DNA of 64,000 bases. It comes from a virus (Duplodnaviria > Caudoviricetes). A model generated the notes under the pieces. That model saw only the letters and a list, made by a program, of their open reading frames with translations, did not search any database and was not told the origin of the DNA. Below are positions 19,828-30,360 of the stretch, one piece after another (the first letter of the stretch is position 1; every line of letters starts with the position of its first letter). Made by a program: the position numbers and the translations under genes. The stretch lies in the IMG/VR virus record IMGVR_UViG_3300027759_000084, positions 1,743 to 65,742 of that record; one strand, given 5' to 3'.

Positions 19828-20055
19828 CTAGTTTTCAGGAGAAGATGGGGTGGCCTTTGGCTTCCTACCCCTAGCGATGCAGCCACAGGAGTTGATCTTC
19901 AGCAGCTTGAGGTTCTGATACATCACCTCAACAGATCCTCCACAATCGCATTTACATAGCCATCGGCTATTTCCGTGTTGATTACGGGAGACAATTGAGG
20001 TGACGACTAGCTTACCGTAGCGGTTTCCGAGAAGAGAAATGGGTGATCTTGGCAT
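19828..20055 (-). CDS. Stand-alone CxCxCG/SCGC domain protein, paralog of 17140..17361
   Basis: Both contain VSRNxHGNSRWLCxCxCG..EVxYQNL..SCGC..GRK. Confidence 0.75.
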   Translation of the reverse strand: MPRSPISLLGNRYGKLVVTSIVSRNQHGNSRWLCKCDCGGSVEVMYQNLKLLKINSCGCIARGRKPKATPSSPEN

Positions 20056-20111
20056 ATTGTAGAAGTATTATTTGACTGATGTTGATAGATATTGTAGAAG
20101 ATTATTAATTT

Positions 20112-21404
20112 ATGCAAGCTAATAAATCACGCGCACTGCCAGAAGAGGTTTGGAATGAAATTAAAAGCAAGCACCTTGGCGGTGTCAGGCTTCGCTCATT
20201 GGCAAGAATGTATAAAGTGTCAGAGAGCACTGTCCTATCCCGTGCATTTCGTCATAGATGGAGCGATGAAGCTAGGATGTTCAAGAAGGTTTGCCGCGAT
20301 CACCATTGTAGGTACAAAGATTGCCCTACCAACTGCGGAATCGCATCACTTTGGAGAACCAACATAGATCAAGCCAAAAAGCGTCGAATCCAAAAGTCCA
20401 TGGCACGCCACAGGAAAGCAAAAAGATTGCAACAATTGCTAAACAGGCCAGCACCAAGGGTTAAGCTGTGCGCTTTTTGCCAAAAGGAAATGACATCGCT
20501 AAAGTATAAGTTTTGTTCCAGTATTTGCCAAAATGGTCACAGGCTTGCAAAAAAGCCACCGCCAAAGCCAAGAGAATTAAGGTTGAAGGGTGGCCCACCA
20601 AAGAAGCCGAATCCACCAAGGAAATGCCCGCGATGTGAGTGTGAGTTTACCTCCAGGCACCCATCATCAAAAACTCGTTTCTGCTCAAGAATATGCTCTG
20701 GAGTCAGAAGTAAAAAGGCAAAGCCGCCACCAATTGAGGGCAATTGCGTTATATGCTCCGCTCATATTGTATTCCCAAAGATCAAGTTTTGTTCCAGCGT
20801 GTGCCGTAAAAAGCATGAAAAAATCATGGATAAAAAGTTGGGCAGAAAAAGAAAAAAGAAGCCAAAACCAAGGAAGATAATTACGATCAAGCCATGTGGC
20901 ATCTGTGGCAATGAGTTTCAGCCAAAGTCGTTCAGGAATCTTTTTTGTTCCAACAAATGCCATAATAAAAACGACAGAAACAAAAGAAGAATCAAAGAGC
21001 GCGGAAAGAAAAGACCACCACATCAACGCATCAAGAACCGCCTATCTGGAAGGCTTCGTGAGCTTCTTCGTCGCAAAGGACAACAAAAGAAGAATGCCAT
21101 CAGTAGCTACATGGGTTGTACTCCAATGGAAATGCTACGACACGTTGAGTCTCAATTCACCAAGGGAATGACATGGGAGACGTATGGCGTCTTTGGATGG
21201 CACTTGGATCACATTATCCCATGCGAGCGATTTGATCTCACCAACGAAGATCATTGCCGAGTGTGCTTTAATTGGCGCAATATTAGGCCACTATGGGGTG
21301 AGGATAATTGGAATAGGCAAGAGATGCTAACCCTTGACGAGGCGCTAAATATCGACCCTGAGCTTGTGAGGATGGTTAAAGATATTGGAGTGAGGCTTTG
21401 GTAG
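20112..21404 (+). CDS. HNH endonuclease with N-terminal HTH and tandem CxxC...FCS..C zinc fingers
   Basis: Four CxxC-FCS-xxC repeats; HVESQF..GMTWE.YG..GWHLDHIIP...NWRNIRPLW..DN. Confidence 0.8.
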   Translation: MQANKSRALPEEVWNEIKSKHLGGVRLRSLARMYKVSESTVLSRAFRHRWSDEARMFKKVCRDHHCRYKDCPTNCGIASLWRTNIDQAKKRRIQKSMARHRKAKRLQQLLNRPAPRVKLCAFCQKEMTSLKYKFCSSICQNGHRLAKKPPPKPRELRLKGGPPKKPNPPRKCPRCECEFTSRHPSSKTRFCSRICSGVRSKKAKPPPIEGNCVICSAHIVFPKIKFCSSVCRKKHEKIMDKKLGRKRKKKPKPRKIITIKPCGICGNEFQPKSFRNLFCSNKCHNKNDRNKRRIKERGKKRPPHQRIKNRLSGRLRELLRRKGQQKKNAISSYMGCTPMEMLRHVESQFTKGMTWETYGVFGWHLDHIIPCERFDLTNEDHCRVCFNWRNIRPLWGEDNWNRQEMLTLDEALNIDPELVRMVKDIGVRLW

Positions 21405-21482
21405 AAGAATTAATACTGTGGGAGAATTGGTTAGAAACTAGAAGAATCAAGTGTGGATACTCCTGTGGTGGGAGTGAATTTA

Positions 21483-21611
21483 TACGCTACGCACGGGCCG
21501 ACCGCCCGGTGCCTACTGCTACCCGACCCGTGGCTACCGCTCTACGCTGCTGGCTACCGCTACCGCTCTACGCTGCTGCCGCTGGCTACCGCTGCCAGCT
21601 AGCGCGGTAGC
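21483..21611. repeat. GC-rich short-repeat tract downstream of the TerS-like gene
   Basis: Several gctaccgct and ctacgctgctg units in a gap between convergent genes. Confidence 0.65.
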
Positions 21612-21724
21612 AACCCCATGCCTTGCTGGAATCAAAGGGAAATCAGGCCGGGAATGGCGTGGTAAAGTTATAGGTTTGAACAATCCACATATATCCAAGT
21701 TGGACATCACTGATAATCAGTGCT

Positions 21725-22222
21725 TTACACATCATGCACCTTGTCAGTCTCAATAGCAGGATCAAAATGCGGTGAAAAATCCATCGGCTGAGAACTGAGC
21801 ACATTAACTTGCACGGCCTGCGCCTGATCCATGCCGCTGGCTTTAGCCACGATGTCCATCAGTGCCTTTACATCCTGCCACGATTGCACATCCGGCGGAG
21901 CAGCATTGGCCTGCTTTAGCCCTTTTCCTGCGATTTGAAGGGCTAGAAGGCGGTTATCCTCTCCTAGTCTGGCGATATTCTCCGACACGCTAGAGGCTGC
22001 TTTCTGTGCAATTGCAGTGATTTCGGGCGGGTTCTTACATTCACTTACAGCTTGAGCTTTTGCCTTGGTTACTGCCGACCATACCTCATCCCTGAATCTG
22101 CGTTGGTGAATGGCATTCTTTTCGATTCCGAATTGCTCCGCCAGTTCATTATCTGGCACGCCACGAATCGACGCTGCTTTGATTGCGTCCCATTCGGCTT
22201 GGCTCAATATTGCTTCAGGCAT
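21725..22222 (-). CDS. Terminase small subunit-like protein
   Basis: N-terminal HTH (WDAIK...ELAEQFGI..NAIHQRRFRDEVW), helical middle, VQVNVL tail. Confidence 0.55.
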   Translation of the reverse strand: MPEAILSQAEWDAIKAASIRGVPDNELAEQFGIEKNAIHQRRFRDEVWSAVTKAKAQAVSECKNPPEITAIAQKAASSVSENIARLGEDNRLLALQIAGKGLKQANAAPPDVQSWQDVKALMDIVAKASGMDQAQAVQVNVLSSQPMDFSPHFDPAIETDKVHDV

Positions 22223-22368
22223 GGTCTTATTTCTTCACTTTGTTACACAAAGCATTCCGCTAAAGCCCTCTTTTCTCAACTCTTTTTTCAATATGTCCGT
22301 TTTATCCCTTGCAATGTGTCCGCTTTATGTTATCTTCTTGTCGTTAGGAAAACCCACCGCAAAAAAAT

Positions 22369-23195
22369 ATGTCTCTCAAAAACTACACCTTCCTCCGTCT
22401 CCGCTCCCTTGGTTACTCTCCAAGGGAGGCTTTGCGCATCTTGCAAGTTGCTACCCGCTCCCGCTTGGAATGGGAAGAAAGCATAAACCTTTGCCTAGAG
22501 TGTCACGGCAAGGGGCCAATTTTCTATGTTCCGCAGAATTGCCTAGCATAGTTCACACGGGGGGCCGCGCATCTCACACGCGGAAACAAAACAAAAAACG
22601 CAACGCAATATGACAAAAAAAGAAATCATTCAAAAGATTCGTCAATTAATGGCGGAGAACCGCAGAATTTGGGTGCTTAATTCATGCTTTCGCGAACCGG
22701 CATTCATTAATGAGCAAGAAGCATACATGCTACGGATGGAGCTTGAGCGTCGTTTCGGGATGAACCGCGAAACAATCAATCAAGAAATCTTTGCATAAGA
22801 AAGCCAAAACACAATATGACACCGCACGAAACACCTGCCGCAATGATCGCCATGCTCCTAGCTTGGATTCTTGGAACCATAACCCTTTTCGCCGTAGCAA
22901 TAATGCTGTGGTACTAACCAGAAACCAAAAACGATAAAAATACACCATGAAAACAGAATTTGTGAAAATGACAGATAGAGAAGCCATGACAGCGGCAATA
23001 GAATCCGCAGAAAGGTGCGCGGCTCTTTTCGCACAAAGTCTCCAAACTTTGGCAGATTACACTTCAGTTAGAATGCGTAACATGCCAGAAACCAGCGGAA
23101 TATTGGACGACATAACCAAGGTTTCACCCAGTCTTCCAACTATGCTTAAAAGCCTGTCCGCCATTGATGTAAAAATGCGCAAAGTACTCCTATGA
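22369..23195 (+). CDS. Run of small early hypothetical genes (22369..22551, 22610..22798, 22947..23195)
   Basis: ATG ORFs mostly preceded by A/C-rich leaders; start of the plus-strand arm. Confidence 0.55.
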
Positions 23196-23519
23196 ATTCA
23201 TGAAAACAAAACTGAAAAAAGTCCGGCATTATGAAGGCATCGCATAGACCGCGCCAGCGCCCTCTCCTTTGCGGGGAGGGTGCAAGCGTGAGCTAACCGC
23301 CACGAACGAACCAAAAACAAAACATGAAAACAGAACCAAACAACCTACGCCTTCACTATCTAGCAGCCTCGCGACATCGCCAGCGGCAGCAATTCCATCG
23401 CCAAGTCATTCTGTGGCTTTGGCTTTTCGCTATCGCTGGCATTCTCGCCGGATGCGCTGCGTCTGCGCTGTGAAGATCAAGAAACCAAAACCAAAACCAA
23501 AAACGAAAGACAAAAACAC

Positions 23520-24068
23520 ATGAAATACCTGAAAACAAAAGAAGGCTCCATCATCGAAACCGATTCTATAGAATACTGGACTGAATGCGAAAAACTCACG
23601 CAAAAGGAGGGTAAACAGCTTTACCGTGAGCAACGGGCCGAGACTTTGCGTAAATGGATTAAGCCCGGTGACACGGTCTCTTGTATTCTTCGCAACGTTT
23701 CAAGCTCCGGCATGAGTCGCCGTATCAGCCTTGTAATCACAAACAAGGAAACGGGAGAAATTCAGGACATTAGCGGATTTGCCGCCACAGTTTTGGACTA
23801 TCGCCGGAATGATCGTGACGGCTCGCTTGTGGTGGGCGGCTGCGGAATGGATATGGGCTTCGCTTGCGTCTATAATCTTGGCAGGCGCTTGTTCCGTGAT
23901 GGATTCGGGGAGCTTGGAAGCAACGGCATAATCAAAGACCTACGGCCAGCAACAAAGGAAAAAGCGGCGGAAGCTGTGGCGGCTGGCTACACATTCAGGG
24001 GCCGCAATGGCAACGGCTCCGGCTGGGATAATGACGGCGGCTATGCCCTTAATTATCGCTGGCTTTGA
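23520..24068 (+). CDS. Phage early hypothetical protein
   Basis: ILRNVSSSGMSRRI...GGCGMDMGFACVYNL; A/C-rich leader. Confidence 0.7.
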   Translation: MKYLKTKEGSIIETDSIEYWTECEKLTQKEGKQLYREQRAETLRKWIKPGDTVSCILRNVSSSGMSRRISLVITNKETGEIQDISGFAATVLDYRRNDRDGSLVVGGCGMDMGFACVYNLGRRLFRDGFGELGSNGIIKDLRPATKEKAAEAVAAGYTFRGRNGNGSGWDNDGGYALNYRWL

Positions 24069-24190
24069 TTTGCTTCCTTGTCTTCCCTTTCCACACGAGA
24101 GGGAAGCAAAGGGCGCAAACCCTAGCCTTGCAAGGTTGCCCATCTTGCATGGACTCAAACCGGGCACCACATAACCAAAAACGAAAACAT

Positions 24191-24526
24191 ATGATCCTAA
24201 ATCACAACGCACAGGAATTCTGTGCTGTTAACAAAATAGTCGGCCTTGCCATCGACCGCTTGCCATCCGGTCAAGTAATCGCGTGCGAGGTCCGAAAAGA
24301 TGAAGCTGGCGAGCTTCGCGTGCCCATCGCTCGAATGAGTCTAGAAGACCTCTATGCCCTTGCCGCTCGCTTGCACTTGGAAATCTTGCCTTCCAAGTTC
24401 GCGAGCCGTCAAGAAATGGACAGCCACCGGGCGCACGTTCGCAGACTTGCGGAACGCTCAAACGAAGCGGCGGAGCTTCGCGGATCAAAGCAAACGCCAG
24501 CATGGGCCGTACCGGATAAAGCCTGA
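24191..24526 (+). CDS. Hypothetical protein
   Basis: Start MILNHNA after an aaccaaaaacgaaaacat leader (track start 24065). Confidence 0.5.
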   Translation: MILNHNAQEFCAVNKIVGLAIDRLPSGQVIACEVRKDEAGELRVPIARMSLEDLYALAARLHLEILPSKFASRQEMDSHRAHVRRLAERSNEAAELRGSKQTPAWAVPDKA

Positions 24527-24615
24527 ATCCTGCCCGCTTGCTATCTATGCGGCATCGCTAGCCGCCCAGATGGCAAGAGGGCGCGATTATGCGCCGATAA
24601 AACAAATAGAACACT

Positions 24616-25305
24616 ATGCCAAGAGAACCCATGGAAGAAGAGACGCCGAAAACTTTGCGCCGTTTATATTTAAGACTTCGCAAGAATGGCACAAGATTAG
24701 ATCGAGCAATAACGATGTCAGAGCTTTGGAATCAGGCCACGAATCCATCCATTCTACGGCTTGAATGTGAGCACAAGCAATGCTCTCGTGTTGCGAGAGT
24801 GTGCAAGGCCACAATCAAACGTTATAATCTGCCAGTACGAGAATTGAGCAATGGAACATTGCTTGCCATCGGATGAGTGACACCGACAAGCTCGCTGCTT
24901 TCTTCGCTCTCCTGGCACAACGCCAGCGGGAGCACGAAGCGCGACAGGCGCAGGAAAGACGCGAGGCCGAGGATCGCAAACTTGCCAAGCTAAAACCCTG
25001 GTGGCAGGAGCCGTGAAAATCATCTACTAGGGCCGAAAAACCATTTGCACAAAACGGACAATTAGACAAAAGTTAAGAACCATATGACAACCGAAGCAGA
25101 TTCAGAACTGGTGAAGACATTCACCGAACGATATGAACGAGCCGAAAAACTGCTCGAAACCATTCTTGAAAGTGCCGCAAAACAATACAAGGACGGCGCT
25201 TCTCGAAGAGTCGCCAAAATCGGCACCATGAAAGCCATCATCATGCGTTGGGCTGCTCGTGAACCTGAGTGCATGGAATCCCTCGAATACCTTTCAGTCC
25301 ACTAA
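24616..25305 (+). CDS. Small hypothetical genes (24616..24876 HTH-like; 25084..25305)
   Basis: Co-oriented ATG ORFs. Confidence 0.45.
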
Positions 25306-25306
25306 T

Positions 25307-25525
25307 ATGAACCTCGCAGCACTACTCAAAAAACACCTCGATGAAGGTCCGCACGGATCGGCAACTAAAATGGCTCGACTTATCGGCACTGATCGCCAGC
25401 GCCTTTACGAATGGGCCAGTGGCAAAGTGAAGCCGCGCAAAGAAACGGTGCCAACGATTGTGGAATACTTGCAATCGTTAAAAGCGCCGAAAAAGCAACT
25501 GGACAAAGCGGACAAATCAGACTAA
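25307..25525 (+). CDS. Cro/XRE-like HTH protein
   Basis: SATKMARLIGTDRQRLYEWASGKVKP. Confidence 0.7.
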   Translation: MNLAALLKKHLDEGPHGSATKMARLIGTDRQRLYEWASGKVKPRKETVPTIVEYLQSLKAPKKQLDKADKSD

Positions 25526-25549
25526 CATTACAACTCAACCCGATACAAT

Positions 25550-25900
25550 ATGAATACAAGAGACGCACTAAATGAACTGGCCGATGCAGCCTATAAAAAC
25601 GCATCAGACAAAGGATTCCATGACGCGGATTACGAATACTCTTCCGTCGAACTTTACTCCAAGTGGACAGCAAACCTGCATGGAGAAGTTAGCGAACTTT
25701 GGGAAGCGGCACGCAAGGGCCATCTTGAAAGCCAGTGCGACAAAGATTGCCCGCTTACCTGCGAAGAAGAGGAATTCGCAGACATTATTATCCGTGTTTT
25801 GGATTCGTCTAAAGCTCGTGGCATCGACATCGGAAGAGCCGTCGACGTGAAGATGGCCTACAACGCAGGCCGCGAATATATGCACGGAAAACTGGCATGA
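25550..25900 (+). CDS. MazG-like NTP pyrophosphohydrolase
   Basis: LHGEVSELWEA...EEEFADIIIRVLD...KMAYN..R..HGK. Confidence 0.8.
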   Translation: MNTRDALNELADAAYKNASDKGFHDADYEYSSVELYSKWTANLHGEVSELWEAARKGHLESQCDKDCPLTCEEEEFADIIIRVLDSSKARGIDIGRAVDVKMAYNAGREYMHGKLA

Positions 25901-26236
25901 AAATCGACCGCACTCCAGGCGTCATCGCCGCACTTGATTACCTTGGCATTGATGTTGGCACCATGCCAGTCATTGGCCGCACTAACCATCCATTTCCAAA
26001 GCGCAAACCGGATAACTGGAAGAGCATTATAGCAGCATTCAAACTTAGGTTCAGTTAATTTCTCACCCAATGAAAAAACTTTAGCAGTTCATCACAATAA
26101 AATGCAGCGAGAAAGCGATGCTGGGAAGACTACCTCCGTTTTACGGTGGAGATTGCAAGGCTAGTAAGTATCTAATAGATCGTCGATGGATAAGAAGCTG
26201 CACTGCTAATTAATTTCTCACCCACATACAAAACAC

Positions 26237-26971
26237 ATGAGCGACAACATAGAAACAAAACCAACGATTAAGCAGCCGACTCTTAAAGAGATGATCGGTG
26301 GAGAAAAGTTCCGCGAGCAAGTAGCTCTGGCATTGCCGAAGCACATGACTCCTGAGCGGTTCTCACGCATTGCTCTCACAGCATTGCAGCGAACTCCAAA
26401 GTTGCAGGATTGCACGCAGGCAAGCCTATTCAAATGCTTGCTAGACCTTTCTGCCGCAGGTCTTGAGCCAGATGGACGACGTGCTTATCTGATCCCATAC
26501 GGATCTGAATGCACTCTGATTCTTTCATATATGGGCATGATCGAGCTTGTTCGTCGCTCTGGCGATGTTGTTAGCATTCGCTCTGAACTCGTGTGCGAGA
26601 ATGACGAATTCACATGGGAGAATGGCAAGATCACGCACAAGGTAGAGTGGCGCAAACCTCGTGGAGAAATCCAGGCTGTGTACGCAGAAGCTGTGCTCAA
26701 GTCCGGTGAGACTCAAACCGCTACAATGACCAAGGATGAGGTGGATGCCATCCGCAAGCGTTCACGCTCTGGTAACTCTGGTCCATGGGTTACGGATTAC
26801 GGTGAGATGGCAAAGAAGACCACTTTGCGCCGACTGTGCAAACTGCTGCCGCTTGCTAGCGAGATCGCAGAGCACATCGAGAAAGATGGCGATGTCGTTC
26901 TTGAACGCGACATAACTCCAAAACCAACAGCAAGCCTTGCGCTTCCTTCAATGCAGGAGGTTGCGGAATGA
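26237..26971 (+). CDS. recT: RecT ssDNA-annealing recombinase
   Basis: ALPKHMTPERF, GLEPDG.RAYLIPYG, Y.GMIELVRRSG, SGPWVTDYGEMAKKT.LRRLCKLLP. Confidence 0.93.
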   Translation: MSDNIETKPTIKQPTLKEMIGGEKFREQVALALPKHMTPERFSRIALTALQRTPKLQDCTQASLFKCLLDLSAAGLEPDGRRAYLIPYGSECTLILSYMGMIELVRRSGDVVSIRSELVCENDEFTWENGKITHKVEWRKPRGEIQAVYAEAVLKSGETQTATMTKDEVDAIRKRSRSGNSGPWVTDYGEMAKKTTLRRLCKLLPLASEIAEHIEKDGDVVLERDITPKPTASLALPSMQEVAE

Positions 26972-27768
26972 TCATTAAAAACGACACAGAATACCGCGCT
27001 TATAACGCCCTCAACTTCTCTTCTATAAAGGGAATTTTGAATTCACCGCTGCATTACCAAACTGCTTTGAAAGCTCCCAAAAAAGAGCCATCAAAGTCTA
27101 TGTTTCTAGGAACGATGGTACATTCAAAAGTTCTTGAAAAGCGCGAAGAAAATTATGCAGTGATGCCACTTGATTTGGATGGCAGAACCACTGCTGGTAA
27201 GGCGTGGAAAGCAGCCAACGATAACAAAACTTGCATCACTCAAGACGATTACGCGCAATACAAGCGCATGGTTGGTGCCATTGAATCCAATGCTGATGTG
27301 CAATACCTGCTTTCAAAAGCTGTTGATTGCGAAATTGGAATCGTCCAGAAGTATCGAGATGCTTCAATCAAAGGTAAGATTGATTGTCTAATCAAAGATG
27401 AGTCTGGTAAATACTGCATCCTCGACCTTAAAACTACACAGAGTTGCGATCCTAACGAGTTCTCTCGTAGTGCATGCAGCTACAAGTATTTTATGCAGGC
27501 AGTCTGGTATCAGTCGCTTGTGGCGCTAGAATACGAACTCGATTATCAGGTGCCGTATTATTGGGTGTGCGTTGAGTCAACAGAGGCGGCTGATGTTTGC
27601 ATCTTCCAACCTCCTGCTGACGGTCTTGAGCTTGGTCAAAAGCAGATGGAAAAAGCGTTAGAACTTCACGCTGAATGCACAAAAACTGGCAAGTGGCCTG
27701 GATTTGGCGGCGGGATTATAGAGTTAGACATACCCATTTGGGAAAAACGGAAATACGGATTGATTTAA
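26968..27768 (+). CDS. RecE/exonuclease VIII-like PD-(D/E)xK nuclease (DUF3799-like)
   Basis: LGTMVHSKVLE, KGKIDC, ILDLKTT, YFMQAVWY; coupled to recT. Confidence 0.85.
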   Translation: MIIKNDTEYRAYNALNFSSIKGILNSPLHYQTALKAPKKEPSKSMFLGTMVHSKVLEKREENYAVMPLDLDGRTTAGKAWKAANDNKTCITQDDYAQYKRMVGAIESNADVQYLLSKAVDCEIGIVQKYRDASIKGKIDCLIKDESGKYCILDLKTTQSCDPNEFSRSACSYKYFMQAVWYQSLVALEYELDYQVPYYWVCVESTEAADVCIFQPPADGLELGQKQMEKALELHAECTKTGKWPGFGGGIIELDIPIWEKRKYGLI

Positions 27769-27795
27769 CAACAGGAAATTACTACACTTACTTTT

Positions 27796-28110
27796 ATGCC
27801 GACACCAATCATCGCAAAAATCGACGTTAAAAAAATCAACAAAGAGTGGCTTTTTGCTGGAGCAAAAGGAACCTACCTTGACACAGTGATCTACGAAAAT
27901 GACAACGTGGATCAATATGGAAACAGTCATGTGATTAAACAGAACCCGCCACAAGAAGCTCGTGCGCAAGGGGCAAAACCTGTCATCATTGGCAATTGCA
28001 AATGGATGCCGCAAAAAGGTGGTTCTCAGTCCGCACCAAGAACTGCTGTCCCAGCTAAGCAGCACCCACTGATGCAGGATAACGAACCCGACGAAACCAT
28101 TCCCTGGTAA
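27796..28110 (+). CDS. Putative ssDNA-binding protein
   Basis: Follows the recombination pair; acidic DETIPW C-terminus. Confidence 0.6.
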   Translation: MPTPIIAKIDVKKINKEWLFAGAKGTYLDTVIYENDNVDQYGNSHVIKQNPPQEARAQGAKPVIIGNCKWMPQKGGSQSAPRTAVPAKQHPLMQDNEPDETIPW

Positions 28111-28470
28111 TCTAAATCAACAAGCCCGTTGGCCGAGGGTTATATCGGCCACACTTTTTATATGAAACTTACTCTTGAACCAACAATCAATCCTCCGCGA
28201 GAAGGCATACCATCACCAACGATCTCAATCGAGATTCCAGATGATGACATGACATGCCGAGCCACAATTATGGACTTGGTGTTTCCATTGCTCAATGCTG
28301 CATATCCAAGCAGCAACGTGCGTAATTATTTCAACACAGACGAGATTGACGTATGAATCAAAACAAAGAAAAGATCGCACTGTTTGACGACGCAATCGTC
28401 TATCACTCCTGCAAAGAAGAAATCAGCAAGGCTGAATCCGAATGGATTGAGTGGGCCAGGATTCGCGTGA

Positions 28471-28842
28471 TTGAATTGGAAATGGAGGGGTAATGTGACT
28501 CTAAATTACCATGGAATCTTGCGACATTTCCCAAATGCCAGTCCCGATCTGCTCGCTTACAATTCCAAGCAAGTTACCATCATGGAACGAGATTCTAGGG
28601 ATGCACCATTGGGCAAGAAAAAAGTTCAAGGATCAACTAGCCAAAGAATTCTTGTCCGTGTTACGAGCGTCCGCAAGCGACTCATTGACGAAGACAATTT
28701 GTGCGAAAAATACCATGTCGATTTATGCAGATACGCTGGAATCATATCTGGCGACGAAGCAAGCAAAACAAAAATTGAGACAATCCAACGCAAGGCAGAA
28801 AAAGGCGAAGAAGAGCAAGTAATCATCGAGGTTTACCAATAA
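28471..28842 (+). CDS. RusA-like Holliday junction resolvase (catalytic portion)
   Basis: VRVTSVRKRLIDEDN..K..VD....GIISGD. Confidence 0.6.
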   Translation: MNWKWRGNVTLNYHGILRHFPNASPDLLAYNSKQVTIMERDSRDAPLGKKKVQGSTSQRILVRVTSVRKRLIDEDNLCEKYHVDLCRYAGIISGDEASKTKIETIQRKAEKGEEEQVIIEVYQ

Positions 28843-29551
28843 TGCCCAACTCAAAACAACCATCCGCAGAATGCCGCCTTCACAATCAACTGGCTCGCAC
28901 TCTTAATAACACGAAGGCATCTAGGGATGAAACTACCCAAGTCCTCATTCACCTGCTAGCCGTTCAAATCGCCAGCTACGATCCACTCACGCGCTATGCA
29001 ATCTGGGAATGTGCTGTCGATACACTGGACGACATGGTTGAGGACATCGCAGCAGAGATCGACGCACACTTTATCAATAACGGAATATGAATACACCAGA
29101 GACAGATGCGGCTGAGAAAATGGCTTTTGCCCAAGAATACATGGTTCCTACAGACTTCGCCCGTCAACTTGAACTAGAGCGCAATGAAGCACGTCGAGAG
29201 GCTGCCAAATGGAAGGCCAACCACGACAACCAAGTCGCGATCAAGTCTGTGCTTATCCAACGGCCAGACCTCGGTGATAGAGCGCAGCGGATCGAGGCTT
29301 TGATAAAGGAGAATGAAGCAATGCGCGAAACTCGCGCTGAACTAAACCAACGCCTTCAGGAGCGCCAGGAGAGCTTCCAAGCGCAACTGATCCGCATCGA
29401 GGATATATGGCGTGGGAAGCTGGCCGAATCGCGCAAGGATGCAGACAGGCTCTACAATTGCCTGCTTGAAGCTCAATTTGGCGAATCCTTGGACATTGCC
29501 TATGTGCAGAATGTGCTGGCTCAACACGAAGAACTAGCCGCGATTGGGTAG
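28842..29551 (+). CDS. Two hypothetical proteins (28842..29090; 29087..29551 coiled-coil)
   Basis: Overlapping start/stop codons. Confidence 0.6.
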
Positions 29552-29682
29552 TTTTTGTTGACTCTCTTGGCAACTTGGATCAAAGTTGTGTGTCGAATAC
29601 GACAAATCATTGTTGAGGCCAATGATTGCAGAAATAAATTTACCCCCTTCAAGCCACCTTTGTTCGCATTGGTGGGCCTCAC

Positions 29683-30360
29683 TTGAAGGGGGAATTTTAT
29701 GTCTGTATGCACAACTGGTACGCAAATCTCCTCCTTGATCACCGATGGCTAGCGAAGCGCAAAGAAGCACTCCATCATGATCAATATACCTGTCAGAATT
29801 GCGGCAGGAAAAACCCAGAAGTAACGCTTTGCGTCCACCATCTTGGATACGTTACTGGTTGGATGCCGTGGGATTACCCATTGACGCTTCTTCAAACACT
29901 GTGCCTCGGTTGTCATGATGAAGTTCACGCAGGACAGAAGCCGCATTATGTCATTTGTACCACTTGTGGAGGTCTAACGCCAGATTCAAAAGCCAACGGA
30001 AGAAATGACAAGCACGAGTGGATTTGCGAGGATTGCATACAAAAACAAGCAGTTGAAGAAATTGCCATGAAAACTGCATTTGTTTACCTTATGAAGAACA
30101 CTAGAAATGGTTTTATTAAAATTGGATTTAGTAAAAATCCTAAATTTAGAGAAAAAACTCTTCAGTCTGAGGAACCTGAAATTGAATTGCTGGCTTCTAT
30201 TGAGGGCACTATCGACCTTGAGAAGGAGCTACATGCTAGATTTTCAGCCTATCGAATCAGGGGAGAATGGTTCCGATTAAGCGAGTTTGAAATAGAAGAC
30301 GCTAAGCAATACGTCATTTTTCACCAGGGTAGTAGAAAGCCATCAGGAGGCAAATTATGA
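29683..30360 (+). CDS. HNH plus T5orf172/GIY-YIG fusion nuclease
   Basis: CQNCG..VHH..TLCLGCH then VYLM...IKIGFS.NP..R..LQ...EKELH..F...RGEWF. Confidence 0.8.
   Translation: MKGEFYVCMHNWYANLLLDHRWLAKRKEALHHDQYTCQNCGRKNPEVTLCVHHLGYVTGWMPWDYPLTLLQTLCLGCHDEVHAGQKPHYVICTTCGGLTPDSKANGRNDKHEWICEDCIQKQAVEEIAMKTAFVYLMKNTRNGFIKIGFSKNPKFREKTLQSEEPEIELLASIEGTIDLEKELHARFSAYRIRGEWFRLSEFEIEDAKQYVIFHQGSRKPSGGKL

Noticed and set aside
20054-21412. gtagaag-containing repeats as a target-site duplication of the HNH
   Set aside because: Matches are short and AT-rich; more likely promoter-region sequence or chance
16799-29551. Host assignment from TPETDA-type motifs and SD-less leaders
   Set aside because: Reminiscent of freshwater phages, possibly of Verrucomicrobia, but cannot be supported without searches
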